NCBI GenBank assembly: GCA_025935925.1
Contig: JAICUI010000002.1
Span: forward strand, 17,588 to 81,587
Length of the DNA stretch: 64,000 nt
Source of the DNA: Chloroflexota bacterium
GTDB lineage: Bacteria > Chloroflexota > Limnocylindria > Limnocylindrales > CSP1-4
Direction: 5' to 3'
The notes under the pieces were generated by a model. It was given only the letters and a program-made list of their open reading frames with translations. It had not been told where the DNA came from and searched no databases. Below are positions 48,618 through 59,593 of this stretch, in pieces. Each line of letters opens with the position of its first letter. Position 1 is the first letter of the stretch. The position numbers and the translations under genes are program-made.

Positions 48618-49598
48618 ATGACCCTGACCCCCGACTCGCCACCGCCGCAGACCGACGCGCCGCACGCGCCGTCGCAGCCCGCGAAGGGCGGCGTCCGGGC
48701 GTTCCTGCCCAACGACCTCGATCCGACCGTCTTCGACGAGGCCTTCCTGCGGCAGCTCGAGCGCCTCGGCGTCCTGATGAAGCAGCCGGCCCGCGGCGGG
48801 CTCAAGGGCGGCCGGCGGAGCGTCAAGCGCGGCCAGTCCGTCGAGTTCGCCGACTTCCGCGACTACAGCCTCGGTGACGACCTGCGCCAGCTCGACTGGA
48901 ACGTCTACGCGCGGCTCGAGAAGCTGTTCGTCAAGCTGTTCATCGAGGAGGAGGACGTCACCGTGACGTTCCTCCTGGACGCCAGCCCGTCGATGGCCTT
49001 CGGCAGACCCGAGAAGCTCCTGTTCGCCAAGCGTGCCGCCGCCGCCCTCGGGTACATCGCCCTCGCCGGCGAGGACCGTGTCGTCAGCGTGGCGCTGTCG
49101 GGCCGCACGGCGCGTCGCCACTCCGGCCTCCGCGGATCCGGGCGCATCTTCCGGATGCTGGGCAACCTGTCGGCGATCCGCCCCGCCGACGGCCCGACCA
49201 GCCTCGCGCTGGCGGCGCGCCATGCCGCGGCGATGCTCTCGGGCCGGGGCGTCGTCGTCCTGATCTCCGACCTGCTCGACCCGGGGGCCGACCGCGTCAT
49301 CCGCGAGCTGGCGGCCACGGGCTCCGACCTGATCGTGCTCCACGTGCTGTCGCCGGACGAGCTGGACCCGGCGCTCGAGGGAGATCTCCGGCTCGTCGAC
49401 AGCGAGTCCGGCGAGGGCATCGACGTCACGGTCGACCTCGCCGCGCTCGACGACTACAAGGCGCGGCTCGCGGGCTGGCAGGCGTCCCTGGCCGACCTCG
49501 CGACCAAGCGGCGGGCGTCGTACGTTCCGCTCTCGTCGGACACGCCGCTCGCCGACCTCGTGTTCGCCGAGCTGCGTCGTCGGCGCGTGGTGGGCTGA
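48618..49598 (+). CDS. DUF58-domain protein
   Basis: Signature FADFRDYSLGDDLRQLDWNVYARLEKLFVKLF, followed by a vWA-like core (TFLLDASPSM). Confidence 0.9.
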   Translation: MTLTPDSPPPQTDAPHAPSQPAKGGVRAFLPNDLDPTVFDEAFLRQLERLGVLMKQPARGGLKGGRRSVKRGQSVEFADFRDYSLGDDLRQLDWNVYARLEKLFVKLFIEEEDVTVTFLLDASPSMAFGRPEKLLFAKRAAAALGYIALAGEDRVVSVALSGRTARRHSGLRGSGRIFRMLGNLSAIRPADGPTSLALAARHAAAMLSGRGVVVLISDLLDPGADRVIRELAATGSDLIVLHVLSPDELDPALEGDLRLVDSESGEGIDVTVDLAALDDYKARLAGWQASLADLATKRRASYVPLSSDTPLADLVFAELRRRRVVG

Positions 49599-49599
49599 G

Positions 49600-51705
49600 G
49601 TGAGCTTCCTCGCCCCGGCGGCGCTCGCCGGGCTGCTGTTCCTGCCCGTCGTGGTCGCGATGTACCTCCTCAAGCTGCGGCGCGACGAGGCCGTCGTCCC
49701 GTCGACGCTGCTGTGGCAGAAGCTGGTCGCCGACGTGGAGGCGAACGCGCCGTGGCAGCGGCTCCGCCGCAGCCTGCTGCTCCTCCTGCAGCTCCTGCTC
49801 GTGCTGATCCTGGCGTTCCTCGCGGCGCGGCCGTTCGTCGAGCGGCCCGCGGGGCTCGCGGGCGACCTCGTCCTGGTGATCGACACCTCGGCGTCGATGG
49901 GGGCGACGGACGTGACGCCGTCCCGGCTCGACGCCGCGAGGGCTGCCGCGCTCGACGCGCTGAAGGAGCTGCCGGCCGGCGGCAGGGTCAGCGTCATCGC
50001 GGCCGGTCGCACGGCACGCGTGGTCGCGAACGGCACGAGCGACATCGGGAGCGCCAAGGAGGCGATCGCCGGCATCCCGGGGACGTCCGACGTCGGCGAC
50101 CTCGGTGACGCGCTCCGGCTGGCGTCCGCGCTGGCCGCCCGGTCCGGCGACGCCGAGATCCTCGTGGCGAGTGACGCGTCGCTGCCGACGGTCCCCAAGG
50201 CGACCGTGGACGCGCCGGTTCGCGTGCTCCAGGTGGGTCGCGAGGCGCGCAACCAGGCGATCGTCGCGCTCGCGGTCCGGACGGCGCCGAGCGGGCTCAC
50301 GCACTCCGCGTTCGTGTCGGTCGCGAACCTCGGCCTCGAACCGGCCGAGCGACGGCTGCAGCTGTATGCGGACGGCGTTCTGCGCGACTCGCGGGTCCTC
50401 ACCCTGGACGCACAGCGCAAGACCGACATCGTGGTCGACGACGTCGACGATCCCGACAAGCCCGCTTCGGTCGTCGAGGTGCGCCTGGTCGCGAGCGACG
50501 AGTCGGCGACGGGCGCCCCCGACCCGCTCGCGCTCGATGACCGCGCCTGGGCGATCGTCCCGCCGCCCGCGATGAAGAACGTCCTCCTCGTCGGTGCCGG
50601 CGATCCGTACCTCGAGACGGCGCTGTCCTACCTGCCGAACACGAGCCTGTTCGGCGTGAAGCCGGAGCGCTACCCGCAGGACGCGACGCGGACCGACGGC
50701 ACCGCCTGGGACCTCGTGATCTTCGAAGGGTTCGTGCCGCCCGAGCTGCCGGCGACGCCGATCCTCGCGATCGCGCCGCCGCGGACCTCCGCGCTCGGGA
50801 CCGTGACCGGGACGCTCGCGAACCCCGCGATGGGCTCGCTCGACACGACCGATCCCATCCTGCGCTACGTCGACCTCTCGACGACGCACATCGGCGAGGC
50901 GCAGCGCCTGGAGCTGCCGGCGTGGGCGCGGACGGTCATCCCGGGACCCGGCACCGCGCCGCTCCTCTACTCGGGGACGCTGACCGGCCGGCCCGCAGCG
51001 GTCCTGGCGTTCGAGCCGCGCCGCTCGGACCTGCCGCTGCAGGTCGCGTTCCCCGTCCTGCTCGCGAACCTCGCGGGCGAGCTCCTCGGTGGCTCGCAGA
51101 CGCCGTCGGACGCGATCGCGCCGGGGTCGCCGGTCACCTTGGCGATCCCCGACGGTGCCAAGGGCGTCCGCGTCGAGCGTCCCGATGGATCGGCCGACGA
51201 GCTGCTCGCGCCGACCGCGGGCGCGGGGAGCGTGACCTTCGCCCGGACGGACCTCCTGGGCGTCTACACCGTCACGCCGATCGCGGACCCCACCGCCTCC
51301 CCTGGCACGGAGTCGACGGCGACGCCCGGCTCGACCGCGGCGCTCGCAGGCTCGGCGGGGGGCGGCGGAGCCGTCGTCTCGCCCGGCGTCAGCGCCCAGC
51401 CACGGGCCACGGATCCGAACGCCCCCGTCCGCTTCGCCGTCGACCTGCTCGACGTCGACGAGTCGCGGATCGCGCCCGGGGACGCCGCCGCGATCCAGGC
51501 GCTCGGCCGCGCCGCGGATCCGTCCGGCGCCGGCGGCGTCGAGCGGCCGACGGCACGCGACGAGATCTGGATCCCGATCGTCCTGCTCGCGCTGCTCGTC
51601 CTGACGCTCGAGTGGCTCGTGTACGAGCGCGACACCCTCGTGCGGCTGCGCCGCGGCATCTCGGGCCGCCTCCGCGGGTCACGTCCGGCCGGCCGGGGCG
51701 CCTGA
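49600..51705 (+). CDS. BatA-like protein: aerotolerance-regulator N-terminal TM domain + vWA domain
   Basis: The N-terminus FLAPAALAGLLFLPVVVAMYLLKLRR matches the BatA_N pattern. vWA MIDAS motif LVLVIDTSASMG. A C-terminal TM helix (IWIPIVLLALLVLTLEWLVY) is present. Confidence 0.85.
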   Translation: MSFLAPAALAGLLFLPVVVAMYLLKLRRDEAVVPSTLLWQKLVADVEANAPWQRLRRSLLLLLQLLLVLILAFLAARPFVERPAGLAGDLVLVIDTSASMGATDVTPSRLDAARAAALDALKELPAGGRVSVIAAGRTARVVANGTSDIGSAKEAIAGIPGTSDVGDLGDALRLASALAARSGDAEILVASDASLPTVPKATVDAPVRVLQVGREARNQAIVALAVRTAPSGLTHSAFVSVANLGLEPAERRLQLYADGVLRDSRVLTLDAQRKTDIVVDDVDDPDKPASVVEVRLVASDESATGAPDPLALDDRAWAIVPPPAMKNVLLVGAGDPYLETALSYLPNTSLFGVKPERYPQDATRTDGTAWDLVIFEGFVPPELPATPILAIAPPRTSALGTVTGTLANPAMGSLDTTDPILRYVDLSTTHIGEAQRLELPAWARTVIPGPGTAPLLYSGTLTGRPAAVLAFEPRRSDLPLQVAFPVLLANLAGELLGGSQTPSDAIAPGSPVTLAIPDGAKGVRVERPDGSADELLAPTAGAGSVTFARTDLLGVYTVTPIADPTASPGTESTATPGSTAALAGSAGGGGAVVSPGVSAQPRATDPNAPVRFAVDLLDVDESRIAPGDAAAIQALGRAADPSGAGGVERPTARDEIWIPIVLLALLVLTLEWLVYERDTLVRLRRGISGRLRGSRPAGRGA

Positions 51706-54700
51706 TGGGCATCAGCTTCGACCAGCCCGTCGCGCTGCTCCTGCTGCCGCCGCTGCTCGCGGTCGTCCTGGGGCTGCACCTGTCGTCGCGGCGGCGACTT
51801 GGCGCCGGGCGGCGCCGGGCGGCGCTCGCCGTCCGGGCACTGCTCCTGACGCTGCTCGTCGGGGCGCTCGCCGGGTTCCAGCTCGTCCTCCCGGTCGACC
51901 GCCTGGCCGTCGTCTACGTCGTCGACCAGTCGGACTCCGTCGGGACGGCGGGTCGCGAGGAAGCGCTCGCGTTCCTCCGCGAGAGCCTCCTGGCGCGGAA
52001 GGACCGGGACGTCGCGGGGATCGTCGCGTTCGGTGGCGACGCGCTCGTGGAGCGGCTGCCGTCGGACCTCGGCGACATCGACCGCATCGCCTCGACGCCG
52101 ATCAAGGACGCGACCGACATCGGCGCGGCCCTGCGGCTGGCGGGCGCGCTGTTCCCGGACGATGCGCAGAAGCGGATCGTCCTGCTGTCGGACGGCAACG
52201 ACACCACGGGTTCGGGCCAGACGGAGGCGGCCCTCGCGGCGGCGCGCGGGATCCAGGTGGAGACCCACCTGACGGGCCTCGCCGGCGCGGACGAGGTCCT
52301 CGTCGAGCGGCTGACGTCCCCGTCGACCGCCCGCAAGGGCGAGAGCATCCAGGTGAGCGGCGATCTCACGTCGACCGTCGCACAGCCCGCCACGGTGCGC
52401 CTGTTCGTGAACGGCGAGCTCGCGGGCACGAAAGACGTCCAGCTCGCGGCGGGCGCGAACCGCGTCGACTTCCTGTTCACGTCGAAGGAGGCGGGGTTCC
52501 TGCGCTTCCGGATCACCGTCGAGGCGGCGCGCGACACGTTCAACCAGAACGACCGCGCGGACGCCAACACGATCGTCAAGGGCGAGCCGCGTGTGCTGGT
52601 CGTGCAGGGCGACGAGGAGGTCGCGGCCGAGATCGTCGCGGCGCTCAGGACCGAGAAGCAGCAGGTCGACACCGTCATCCCGGAAGCGCTCCCGTCGGAC
52701 CTGGCCGGGCTCGCCGACTACGACTCCGTCGTCCTCGTCGACGTGCCGCGGCTCCGCCTGAGCGACAAGGCGCTGGCGTCGCTCCAGGTCTACGTGCGGG
52801 ACCTGGGCCGCGGGCTCGTCACGATCGGCGGCCCGAAGGCGTACGGCGCCGGCGGCTACACGGACACGCCGCTCGAGGAGACGCTGCCCGTCGACATGGG
52901 CGTGCGCGACCGCCAGAAGCAGCCCGACGTCGCGCTCGTCGTCGTCATCGACAAGTCGGGCTCGATGGATGCCTGCCACTGCAACTCGTTCAACGGCGGC
53001 ATGGGCGGGCCCGGGTCCGGCATCCAGGGCGTCCGCAAGGTCGACATCGGCAAGGAGGCGATCCTGCGGGCGGCGGCGGCGCTGACCGCGCAGGACGAGT
53101 TCGGCGTCGTCGCGTTCGACTCGGCGGCCCACTGGGTGGTGAGGACGGCGCCGCTCGGTGGTGTGACGGACCTGCAGGGCGCCGTGGGCTCGATCCAGCC
53201 CAACGGCCAGACGAACATCTTCTCGGGCCTCGACCAGGCGGTGCAGTCACTGAAGGACGCGAAGGCGACCCGCCGCCACATCATCCTGCTCACCGACGGC
53301 TGGTCCTCGAGCGGCCAGTACGACGACATCCTCAGGCAGATGAAGGCAGCCGGGATCACGCTCTCGACGGTGGGCGCGGGCGGCGGAGCGAACCCGTTCC
53401 TCGAGCAGCTCGCCAAGAACGGCGGCGGGCGGTTCTACGCGGCGAACAACCCCGCCAACATCCCCGACATCTTCCTCAAGGAGACCCAGCAGGTCTCGGG
53501 CCAGCAGATCGTCGAGGAGAAGTTTTTCCCGATCCTGACCTCGCCGTCGCCGATCCTGCGCGGGATCGACGGCGGGATGCCGTCGCTGCTCGGCTACAAC
53601 GGGACGACGGCGAAGCCGGCGGCGCAGACCGTGCTCGTGACGGCGCGCGACGACCCGCTCCTCGCCCAGTGGCAGTACGGGCTCGGACGCGCCGTCGCGT
53701 GGACGTCCGACTCGACGGGGCGTTGGGCGAAGTCGTGGATCGGCTGGCAGGGCTTCTCGAAGTTCTTCAGCCAGATGGTGGGCTGGACGTTCCCGGGCGA
53801 GGAGAGCGGCGGCATCGAGGCCTCGTTCGTGGACCGCGGCGGGCGGACGTACCTGCGGGTCGAGAGCACGGCCGAGGACGGGTCGCCTCGCGACTTCTAC
53901 GCGACGCACGTCGCGCTCGTCGGGCCCGACCTCGAGCCGGCTGCCGTCGACCTGTCGCAGGTGGCGCCCGGCGTGTACGAATCGCCCGTCGAGTCGCTCG
54001 AGAGCGGCGCCTACGCCGTGCGAGTGACGCAGACCAAGCCGGGATCGGCGGCGCTCGGGCGGACGCTGGGGCTCATCGCGCCGACGACGGCGGAGTACCG
54101 GCTGCTCGGCGCGAACGAACCGCTGCTCGGCGCGATCCGCGCGGCGACCGGGGGCAGGGTCGCGGCGCAGCCCGCCGACGCGTGGGTCCACGACCTGCAG
54201 GCGACCGGTCACCACGCGGAGCTGTGGCCGCTGCTGCTGATCCTCGCCCTGCTGCTGTGGCCGCTCGACATCGCGCTCCGGCGAGTGTCCGTCGGGCGCC
54301 GCGAGCTCGCCGGCGCACGACGCTGGGTCACCCGGGCGGGGCGGAGCCGGCGGGTCGCGACGCGGACCGCGACCTCCGAGTCCATGCTCGCCGCGACCGG
54401 CCGCTCGTCGAGTGCGCGGTCCGCGATCGTGCGACACGCGGCGTCGGGGACCGGTGGAGACGCACCGGCAGGGCCCGCGGTGTCCGTGTCTGCGTCGGTT
54501 CCGGCGAGCCGGCCGACCATGCCGCCGGCCGCGGATGTGACTGCCTCGTCTGCGCCCGTCCGCGCCGCCTCGGCGCCACCCGCGGCACCATCGGCGCCCG
54601 CTGCGCCGTACCGATCGACAGCCCCATCGGCGCCCGCTGCGCCGCGCCCCTCCGCGCCGCACCCCGCCTCGCCCCCGGCTGCGCCCGCTGCGCCGCACCC

Positions 54701-54794
54701 CGTCTCGCCGCCGCCGTCCGCAACGCCGCCGGCCGACGGGTCGACCGACACGCTCGCCCGCCTCCGGGAGGCGAAGCGCCGGAGCCGCAGCTGA
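51705..54794 (+). CDS. large membrane protein with two vWA domains and a central amidotransferase-like fold
   Basis: The ATG shares one nt with the upstream stop. N-terminal TM helices are present, with MIDAS motifs VVYVVDQSDSVG and VVVIDKSGSMDA. The central VLVVQGDEE ... YDSVVLVDVP ... GLVTIGG pattern resembles class I glutamine-amidotransferase-like DUFs. A late TM helix is followed by a Pro/Ala/Ser-rich tail. Confidence 0.85.
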   Translation: MGISFDQPVALLLLPPLLAVVLGLHLSSRRRLGAGRRRAALAVRALLLTLLVGALAGFQLVLPVDRLAVVYVVDQSDSVGTAGREEALAFLRESLLARKDRDVAGIVAFGGDALVERLPSDLGDIDRIASTPIKDATDIGAALRLAGALFPDDAQKRIVLLSDGNDTTGSGQTEAALAAARGIQVETHLTGLAGADEVLVERLTSPSTARKGESIQVSGDLTSTVAQPATVRLFVNGELAGTKDVQLAAGANRVDFLFTSKEAGFLRFRITVEAARDTFNQNDRADANTIVKGEPRVLVVQGDEEVAAEIVAALRTEKQQVDTVIPEALPSDLAGLADYDSVVLVDVPRLRLSDKALASLQVYVRDLGRGLVTIGGPKAYGAGGYTDTPLEETLPVDMGVRDRQKQPDVALVVVIDKSGSMDACHCNSFNGGMGGPGSGIQGVRKVDIGKEAILRAAAALTAQDEFGVVAFDSAAHWVVRTAPLGGVTDLQGAVGSIQPNGQTNIFSGLDQAVQSLKDAKATRRHIILLTDGWSSSGQYDDILRQMKAAGITLSTVGAGGGANPFLEQLAKNGGGRFYAANNPANIPDIFLKETQQVSGQQIVEEKFFPILTSPSPILRGIDGGMPSLLGYNGTTAKPAAQTVLVTARDDPLLAQWQYGLGRAVAWTSDSTGRWAKSWIGWQGFSKFFSQMVGWTFPGEESGGIEASFVDRGGRTYLRVESTAEDGSPRDFYATHVALVGPDLEPAAVDLSQVAPGVYESPVESLESGAYAVRVTQTKPGSAALGRTLGLIAPTTAEYRLLGANEPLLGAIRAATGGRVAAQPADAWVHDLQATGHHAELWPLLLILALLLWPLDIALRRVSVGRRELAGARRWVTRAGRSRRVATRTATSESMLAATGRSSSARSAIVRHAASGTGGDAPAGPAVSVSASVPASRPTMPPAADVTASSAPVRAASAPPAAPSAPAAPYRSTAPSAPAAPRPSAPHPASPPAAPAAPHPVSPPPSATPPADGSTDTLARLREAKRRSRS

Positions 54795-54818
54795 GCCCAG
54801 GCGTCGGCTAGCGGATCC

Positions 54819-54835
54819 ACGGACGGTGCGTCCGT
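54819..54835 (+). terminator. small hairpin after the vWA locus
   Basis: 7-bp stem ACGGACG / CGTCCGT with a GTG loop, 25 nt after the stop at 54794. There is no T-tail. Confidence 0.3.
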
Positions 54836-54911
54836 CGCATCGCCGCGAATGCCCGTCGCACGTCGACCCACCGCCGCGTCGCCCGGCGGCGAGCGGTGCT
54901 AGCCTCGGCGA

Positions 54912-55391
54912 ATGATCCCCCGTCCCGGCCCGCGATCCGGCGCGCGCCCCGCCGTGCTGCTCGCGGCGGCGGCGCTCGCGCTCCAGGGCTGCGGGACGAT
55001 CTCGTTCACCGAGCCGCCGGCCACGCCCACGGACTTCGCGGGGATCACCGGGCGCCTGAACGCCGTCGGCATCAAGGTCCGCGACTACGTCTCCGGTGAC
55101 CCCGGCTGCACCGACGGCGAGCTCGCCAAGACGGCGATCCGGTTCACCGCCGAGGGGCTCGACCAGACTACGCCGGCGACGATCTACCTCTACGTCTTCC
55201 GGAATCGGGACGCGTTCCAGCGGAACCTCCAAACGATCGGCCCGTGCGCGCAGGCGTACGTCACGAACCCGCAGACGTTCGAGGAGATCGAGCAGTCGCC
55301 GTTCGTGCTCGCGAGCCAGGGGCCGTGGGCGCCGCAGTTCAAGGACGTCCTCCGGAAGACGATCGAGCAGGCGGCGGGCACCGGCGACTGA
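54912..55391 (+). CDS. putative lipoprotein
   Basis: Signal peptide with lipobox AAAALALQGC. The 159-aa protein has a protein-like composition and no family was recognised. Confidence 0.65.
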   Translation: MIPRPGPRSGARPAVLLAAAALALQGCGTISFTEPPATPTDFAGITGRLNAVGIKVRDYVSGDPGCTDGELAKTAIRFTAEGLDQTTPATIYLYVFRNRDAFQRNLQTIGPCAQAYVTNPQTFEEIEQSPFVLASQGPWAPQFKDVLRKTIEQAAGTGD

Positions 55392-55637
55392 GAGCCCTTC
55401 GCCGACGGTCCTCGGGACCGGAACTCGACGCCCGGCGTCGTCGCCCCGGCGCACCGCGCCATCCACCTCCGGACTCCACTCCGCCGCCCCGGACCCGTTC
55501 CGATGGGGTCCTGCGCGGGTACTGCGCCACACTCTTCGCGACCGCACTCGACCGCACCGGTACCGTGACCGGCCTCCTACGTCGCGGGTGACGACCGGGC
55601 CGTCGATGCCGCAGCGGGCCGCTTCGATGCTCCGGCC

Positions 55638-56525
55638 ATGGAGCTCTCGACCCGCGCTCGACGTCGCCTGTCGACGGTCCTCGCCCTGGTCCTCGCCGCC
55701 GAGTCGGTGTCGGCGGTGTCCGTTGCCGCAACGACGGTCCAGGCGTCGGCGGCCGCATCGCACACCGGTCCAGGCGCGACGCCTGTCGCGCTCGTCCTGC
55801 CGTCCGTCCTCGTGCGGCCGTCGGTTGCCGAGACCGCGTCGACCGGCGCGACGCCATGGTTCGCGCCGCATGTCGTCGAGCTGCCGGTCGCGCCGGCGCC
55901 CGTCGAAGTCGAAACGGCGCCAACGGTCGATGTCGCGCCCGCCCCGGGGGGCGGCCACGCGAAGCCCGAGGGCGCGCAGCTGCCCGTCGCGCAGGCGGCA
56001 TCGAAGCCGTCCGCAGCCGGGAAGTCGGCCACGACGCACACGCCGAAGCCCGCTCCCAAGTCCGCGCCCAGGCCGGCCGCGAAGCCTGCCCCCAAGCCGA
56101 AGCCCGCGCCGAAGCCCGTCGTCTTCTCGGGCACCAACCACGTGTGGATCCCGTCGCTTGGCATCAGCCGCTCCGTGCACTGGTTCCCGTGCGACCGCAC
56201 GCGGCCGCCCGACAGCTACATGTACCGCTGGGGCTGTGCCGGCACCAACAACGTCTACCTGCTCGGCCACGCGTACAGCGTCATGAAGCCGCTCCACGAC
56301 GCGTACGTCAGCGGTCGCCTCAGGGTCGGGATGAAGGCGTACTACGCCGGCGCCGACGGCAAGGTCCATGCGTACGCGGTCCGCTGGTGGAAGCTCACGC
56401 GCCCGACGACCGATGCAGCGTGGGCATGGGCCGCGCAGAGCGTGCCGTCGATGACGCTCCAGACGTGCGTCGGCGCGAACAGCGAGTGGCGGCTGATGGT
56501 CCGCCTCGTCGAGGTCAACCGCTAG
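55638..56525 (+). CDS. sortase-family transpeptidase (class E/F-like)
   Basis: N-terminal TM segment, then a Pro/Lys/Ala linker. The catalytic module has IPSLGISRSV, the His motif YLLGH and the Cys motif MTLQTC. Confidence 0.75.
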   Translation: MELSTRARRRLSTVLALVLAAESVSAVSVAATTVQASAAASHTGPGATPVALVLPSVLVRPSVAETASTGATPWFAPHVVELPVAPAPVEVETAPTVDVAPAPGGGHAKPEGAQLPVAQAASKPSAAGKSATTHTPKPAPKSAPRPAAKPAPKPKPAPKPVVFSGTNHVWIPSLGISRSVHWFPCDRTRPPDSYMYRWGCAGTNNVYLLGHAYSVMKPLHDAYVSGRLRVGMKAYYAGADGKVHAYAVRWWKLTRPTTDAAWAWAAQSVPSMTLQTCVGANSEWRLMVRLVEVNR

Positions 56526-56597
56526 GTCGACTGAGGCCGGCGGGCGCCACGCCCGCGCGGGGACGTCCGTCCGCGGTTCTTGCTAGCCTTCGGGCGC

Positions 56598-57308
56598 ATG
56601 TCCGAGCGTGCCCTTGCCGGTCCTGCGCCCATCGCCCCGGCCGCCGTCCCCGGCCCCGTCGTCGGTGGCGCCACGCCGTCCGCGCTCCGTCGCGCGGTCC
56701 TCGTCCATCTCCGGCTCCACGGTCCCTCGGCGCCCGACACGATCGCGGCCGCGATCGGCGCGTCCCGGAGCGGGGTGACCCAGCAGCTCCGGGCGCTCGA
56801 GATGGCGGCGCTCGTGTCTCGGACCTCCGTGCGCCACGGCGTCGGCCGGCCGCGCCACCTGTACGACATCACCCCCGACGCCCAGGACCTGTTCCCCACG
56901 AACTACGACGGGCTGGCATCCGGGCTCCTGACCGCGATCCTCGAGGTGGGCGGCGAGTCGCTGGTCGAGGAGGTGTTCGCGGCGCGTCGCCGCCAGGCCG
57001 AGGCCCGGCTCCGGGCGCGGATCGACGCGACGCTCGCCGCCGACGCGCCGCTCGCCGACCGGATGGCCGTCGTCGCCCGCCTCCAGGACGAGCTCGGCTA
57101 CCTCGCCGAGGTCCGTGACGACGGTGACGGTACGCGGCTGGTGGAGCACAACTGCGCGGTGCTCGACGTCGCGCGCTCGATCCCCACGGCGTGCCAGGCG
57201 GAGCTCGACCTGTTCCGGTCGGTGCTCGGCGTCGACCTCGTGCGCGACCACCACATCGCGTCGGGTGACCGCTGCTGCTCCTACCGCGTCGAGCCCTCCA
57301 AGGCGTGA
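56598..57308 (+). CDS. winged-helix (ArsR/DeoR-like) regulator with C-terminal Cys cluster, SufR-like
   Basis: wHTH RRAVLVHLRLHGPSAPDTIAAAIGASRSGVTQQLRALEMAALV ... GRPRHLYDIT. C-terminal cysteines lie in HNCAV, TACQAE and GDRCCSY. ATG 56598 was chosen as the start; TTG 56580 is in frame. Confidence 0.7.
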   Translation: MSERALAGPAPIAPAAVPGPVVGGATPSALRRAVLVHLRLHGPSAPDTIAAAIGASRSGVTQQLRALEMAALVSRTSVRHGVGRPRHLYDITPDAQDLFPTNYDGLASGLLTAILEVGGESLVEEVFAARRRQAEARLRARIDATLAADAPLADRMAVVARLQDELGYLAEVRDDGDGTRLVEHNCAVLDVARSIPTACQAELDLFRSVLGVDLVRDHHIASGDRCCSYRVEPSKA

Positions 57309-57336
57309 CGCGTCCCGGAGCGATCGCGCCGGCGAG

Positions 57337-58392
57337 CTAGCCTTCCTCGCGCTCCACGACCTCGCGCCGCGCCGGTTGGTGGTTCGACAGCGGCACGTCC
57401 GAGACGTTCCGGACGAACGACGCCGCGAGCGACGTCGCCGCGATGTGCTCCTGCTGCTCGAGCGTCAGGATCCCGAGCCGGCCGAGCGTCGAGAGCTCGT
57501 CGCGGATGTACGTCTTGAGCATCTCCGGCCCGTCGGTGCTGATGGAGTAGCGCACGCCATTGCGGTGGAACTGGTCGAAGATCCAGCGGAACTCGTCCCA
57601 GCCGGACACGACGCCCGTGTTGAGGTTCGAGGAGGGGCAGATCTCGAGCACGATCCCGCGCTCGCGGAGCATCGCCATCGTCCGCGGGTCGTATGCGGAC
57701 TTCACGCCGTGCCCGATCCGGTCCGGCTCGAGCAGCTCGATGACCCGGCCGACCTCCTCGACCGGCCCCGACTCGCCGGTGTGCACGGTGATCCCGAGCC
57801 CGTACTGCCGGACGCGCCGGAACAGCCGCTGGTAGTCGGCGACGCGGAACGTGGCCGATTCCGGCCCGGCGATGTCGACGCCGACGACGCCCCGGTCCCG
57901 CCATGCGATCGCCTTCTCCGCGATGATCTCGTTGAGCTCGAACGGGAAGGCCCGGTCGAGGCAGAAGATCAGCCCGGGCTTCACGGGGTACTCGAGGGTC
58001 GCGCGGTCCATGCCGCGGACCGCCGCGGCGATGATGTGGTCGAGGTCCTGCTCGCCGCCCCGGTTCCGCTTCATCGGGTTGAAGCGCAGCTCGGTCGTCG
58101 TGATGTTGTTCTTGCGGTAGGCGCCGCCGACCACCTCGTACACCGCGCGCTCGACCGCGATCGGGCTCGACTGGATGAGCTCCGTCCAGTGGAACAGCTG
58201 GAGATAGCCGTCGAAGCTCTTGGGGCGGCGGGGGTGGACCGTGATCAGGTCACGAAACTCCCAGTAGTCGCGGGTCGGGAGCTTGATGCCCTGCGCGTGG
58301 GCGATCGACCACATGATCGCCGGCGTCACCGCCGCCCCGAGATGACAGTGGAGCTCGGCGAGCGGGACCTTGCGCGACAGCGTTGCGGGCAC
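57337..58392 (-). CDS. adenosine deaminase-family metallohydrolase (variant active-site motifs)
   Basis: Motifs ELHCHLG, ITVHTGESG, RIGHG and SISTDGP. GTG 58392 was chosen as the start; the upstream part of the ORF is not protein-like. Confidence 0.8.
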   Translation of the reverse strand: MPATLSRKVPLAELHCHLGAAVTPAIMWSIAHAQGIKLPTRDYWEFRDLITVHPRRPKSFDGYLQLFHWTELIQSSPIAVERAVYEVVGGAYRKNNITTTELRFNPMKRNRGGEQDLDHIIAAAVRGMDRATLEYPVKPGLIFCLDRAFPFELNEIIAEKAIAWRDRGVVGVDIAGPESATFRVADYQRLFRRVRQYGLGITVHTGESGPVEEVGRVIELLEPDRIGHGVKSAYDPRTMAMLRERGIVLEICPSSNLNTGVVSGWDEFRWIFDQFHRNGVRYSISTDGPEMLKTYIRDELSTLGRLGILTLEQQEHIAATSLAASFVRNVSDVPLSNHQPARREVVEREEG

Positions 58393-58539
58393 GTCCAGAG
58401 GATAGCGGCCGAAGGGCCCGGCCCGTGGGGACCTTCGGCCGGCCCGCGATTCGCCGACCTCGCGTACCCTGCCACGCGACGGGGGCGCCGGTGTGCCGGA
58501 GTCCCCGCATGTTGTCACGCAGTGGGGATCACACCGGCA

Positions 58540-59541
<1,002 letters not shown>

Positions 59542-59555
59542 CGCAGCACCTGCTC

Positions 59556-59589
59556 GAAGCCGGGGTGGCCAGTCGGTCGCCCCGGCTTC
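59556..59589. terminator. bidirectional hairpin between convergent lipoprotein and lipA genes
   Basis: 10-bp perfect stem GAAGCCGGGG / CCCCGGCTTC with a 14-nt loop. It sits between the stops at 59541 (+) and 59594 (-). Confidence 0.5.
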
Positions 59590-59593
59590 GTCG

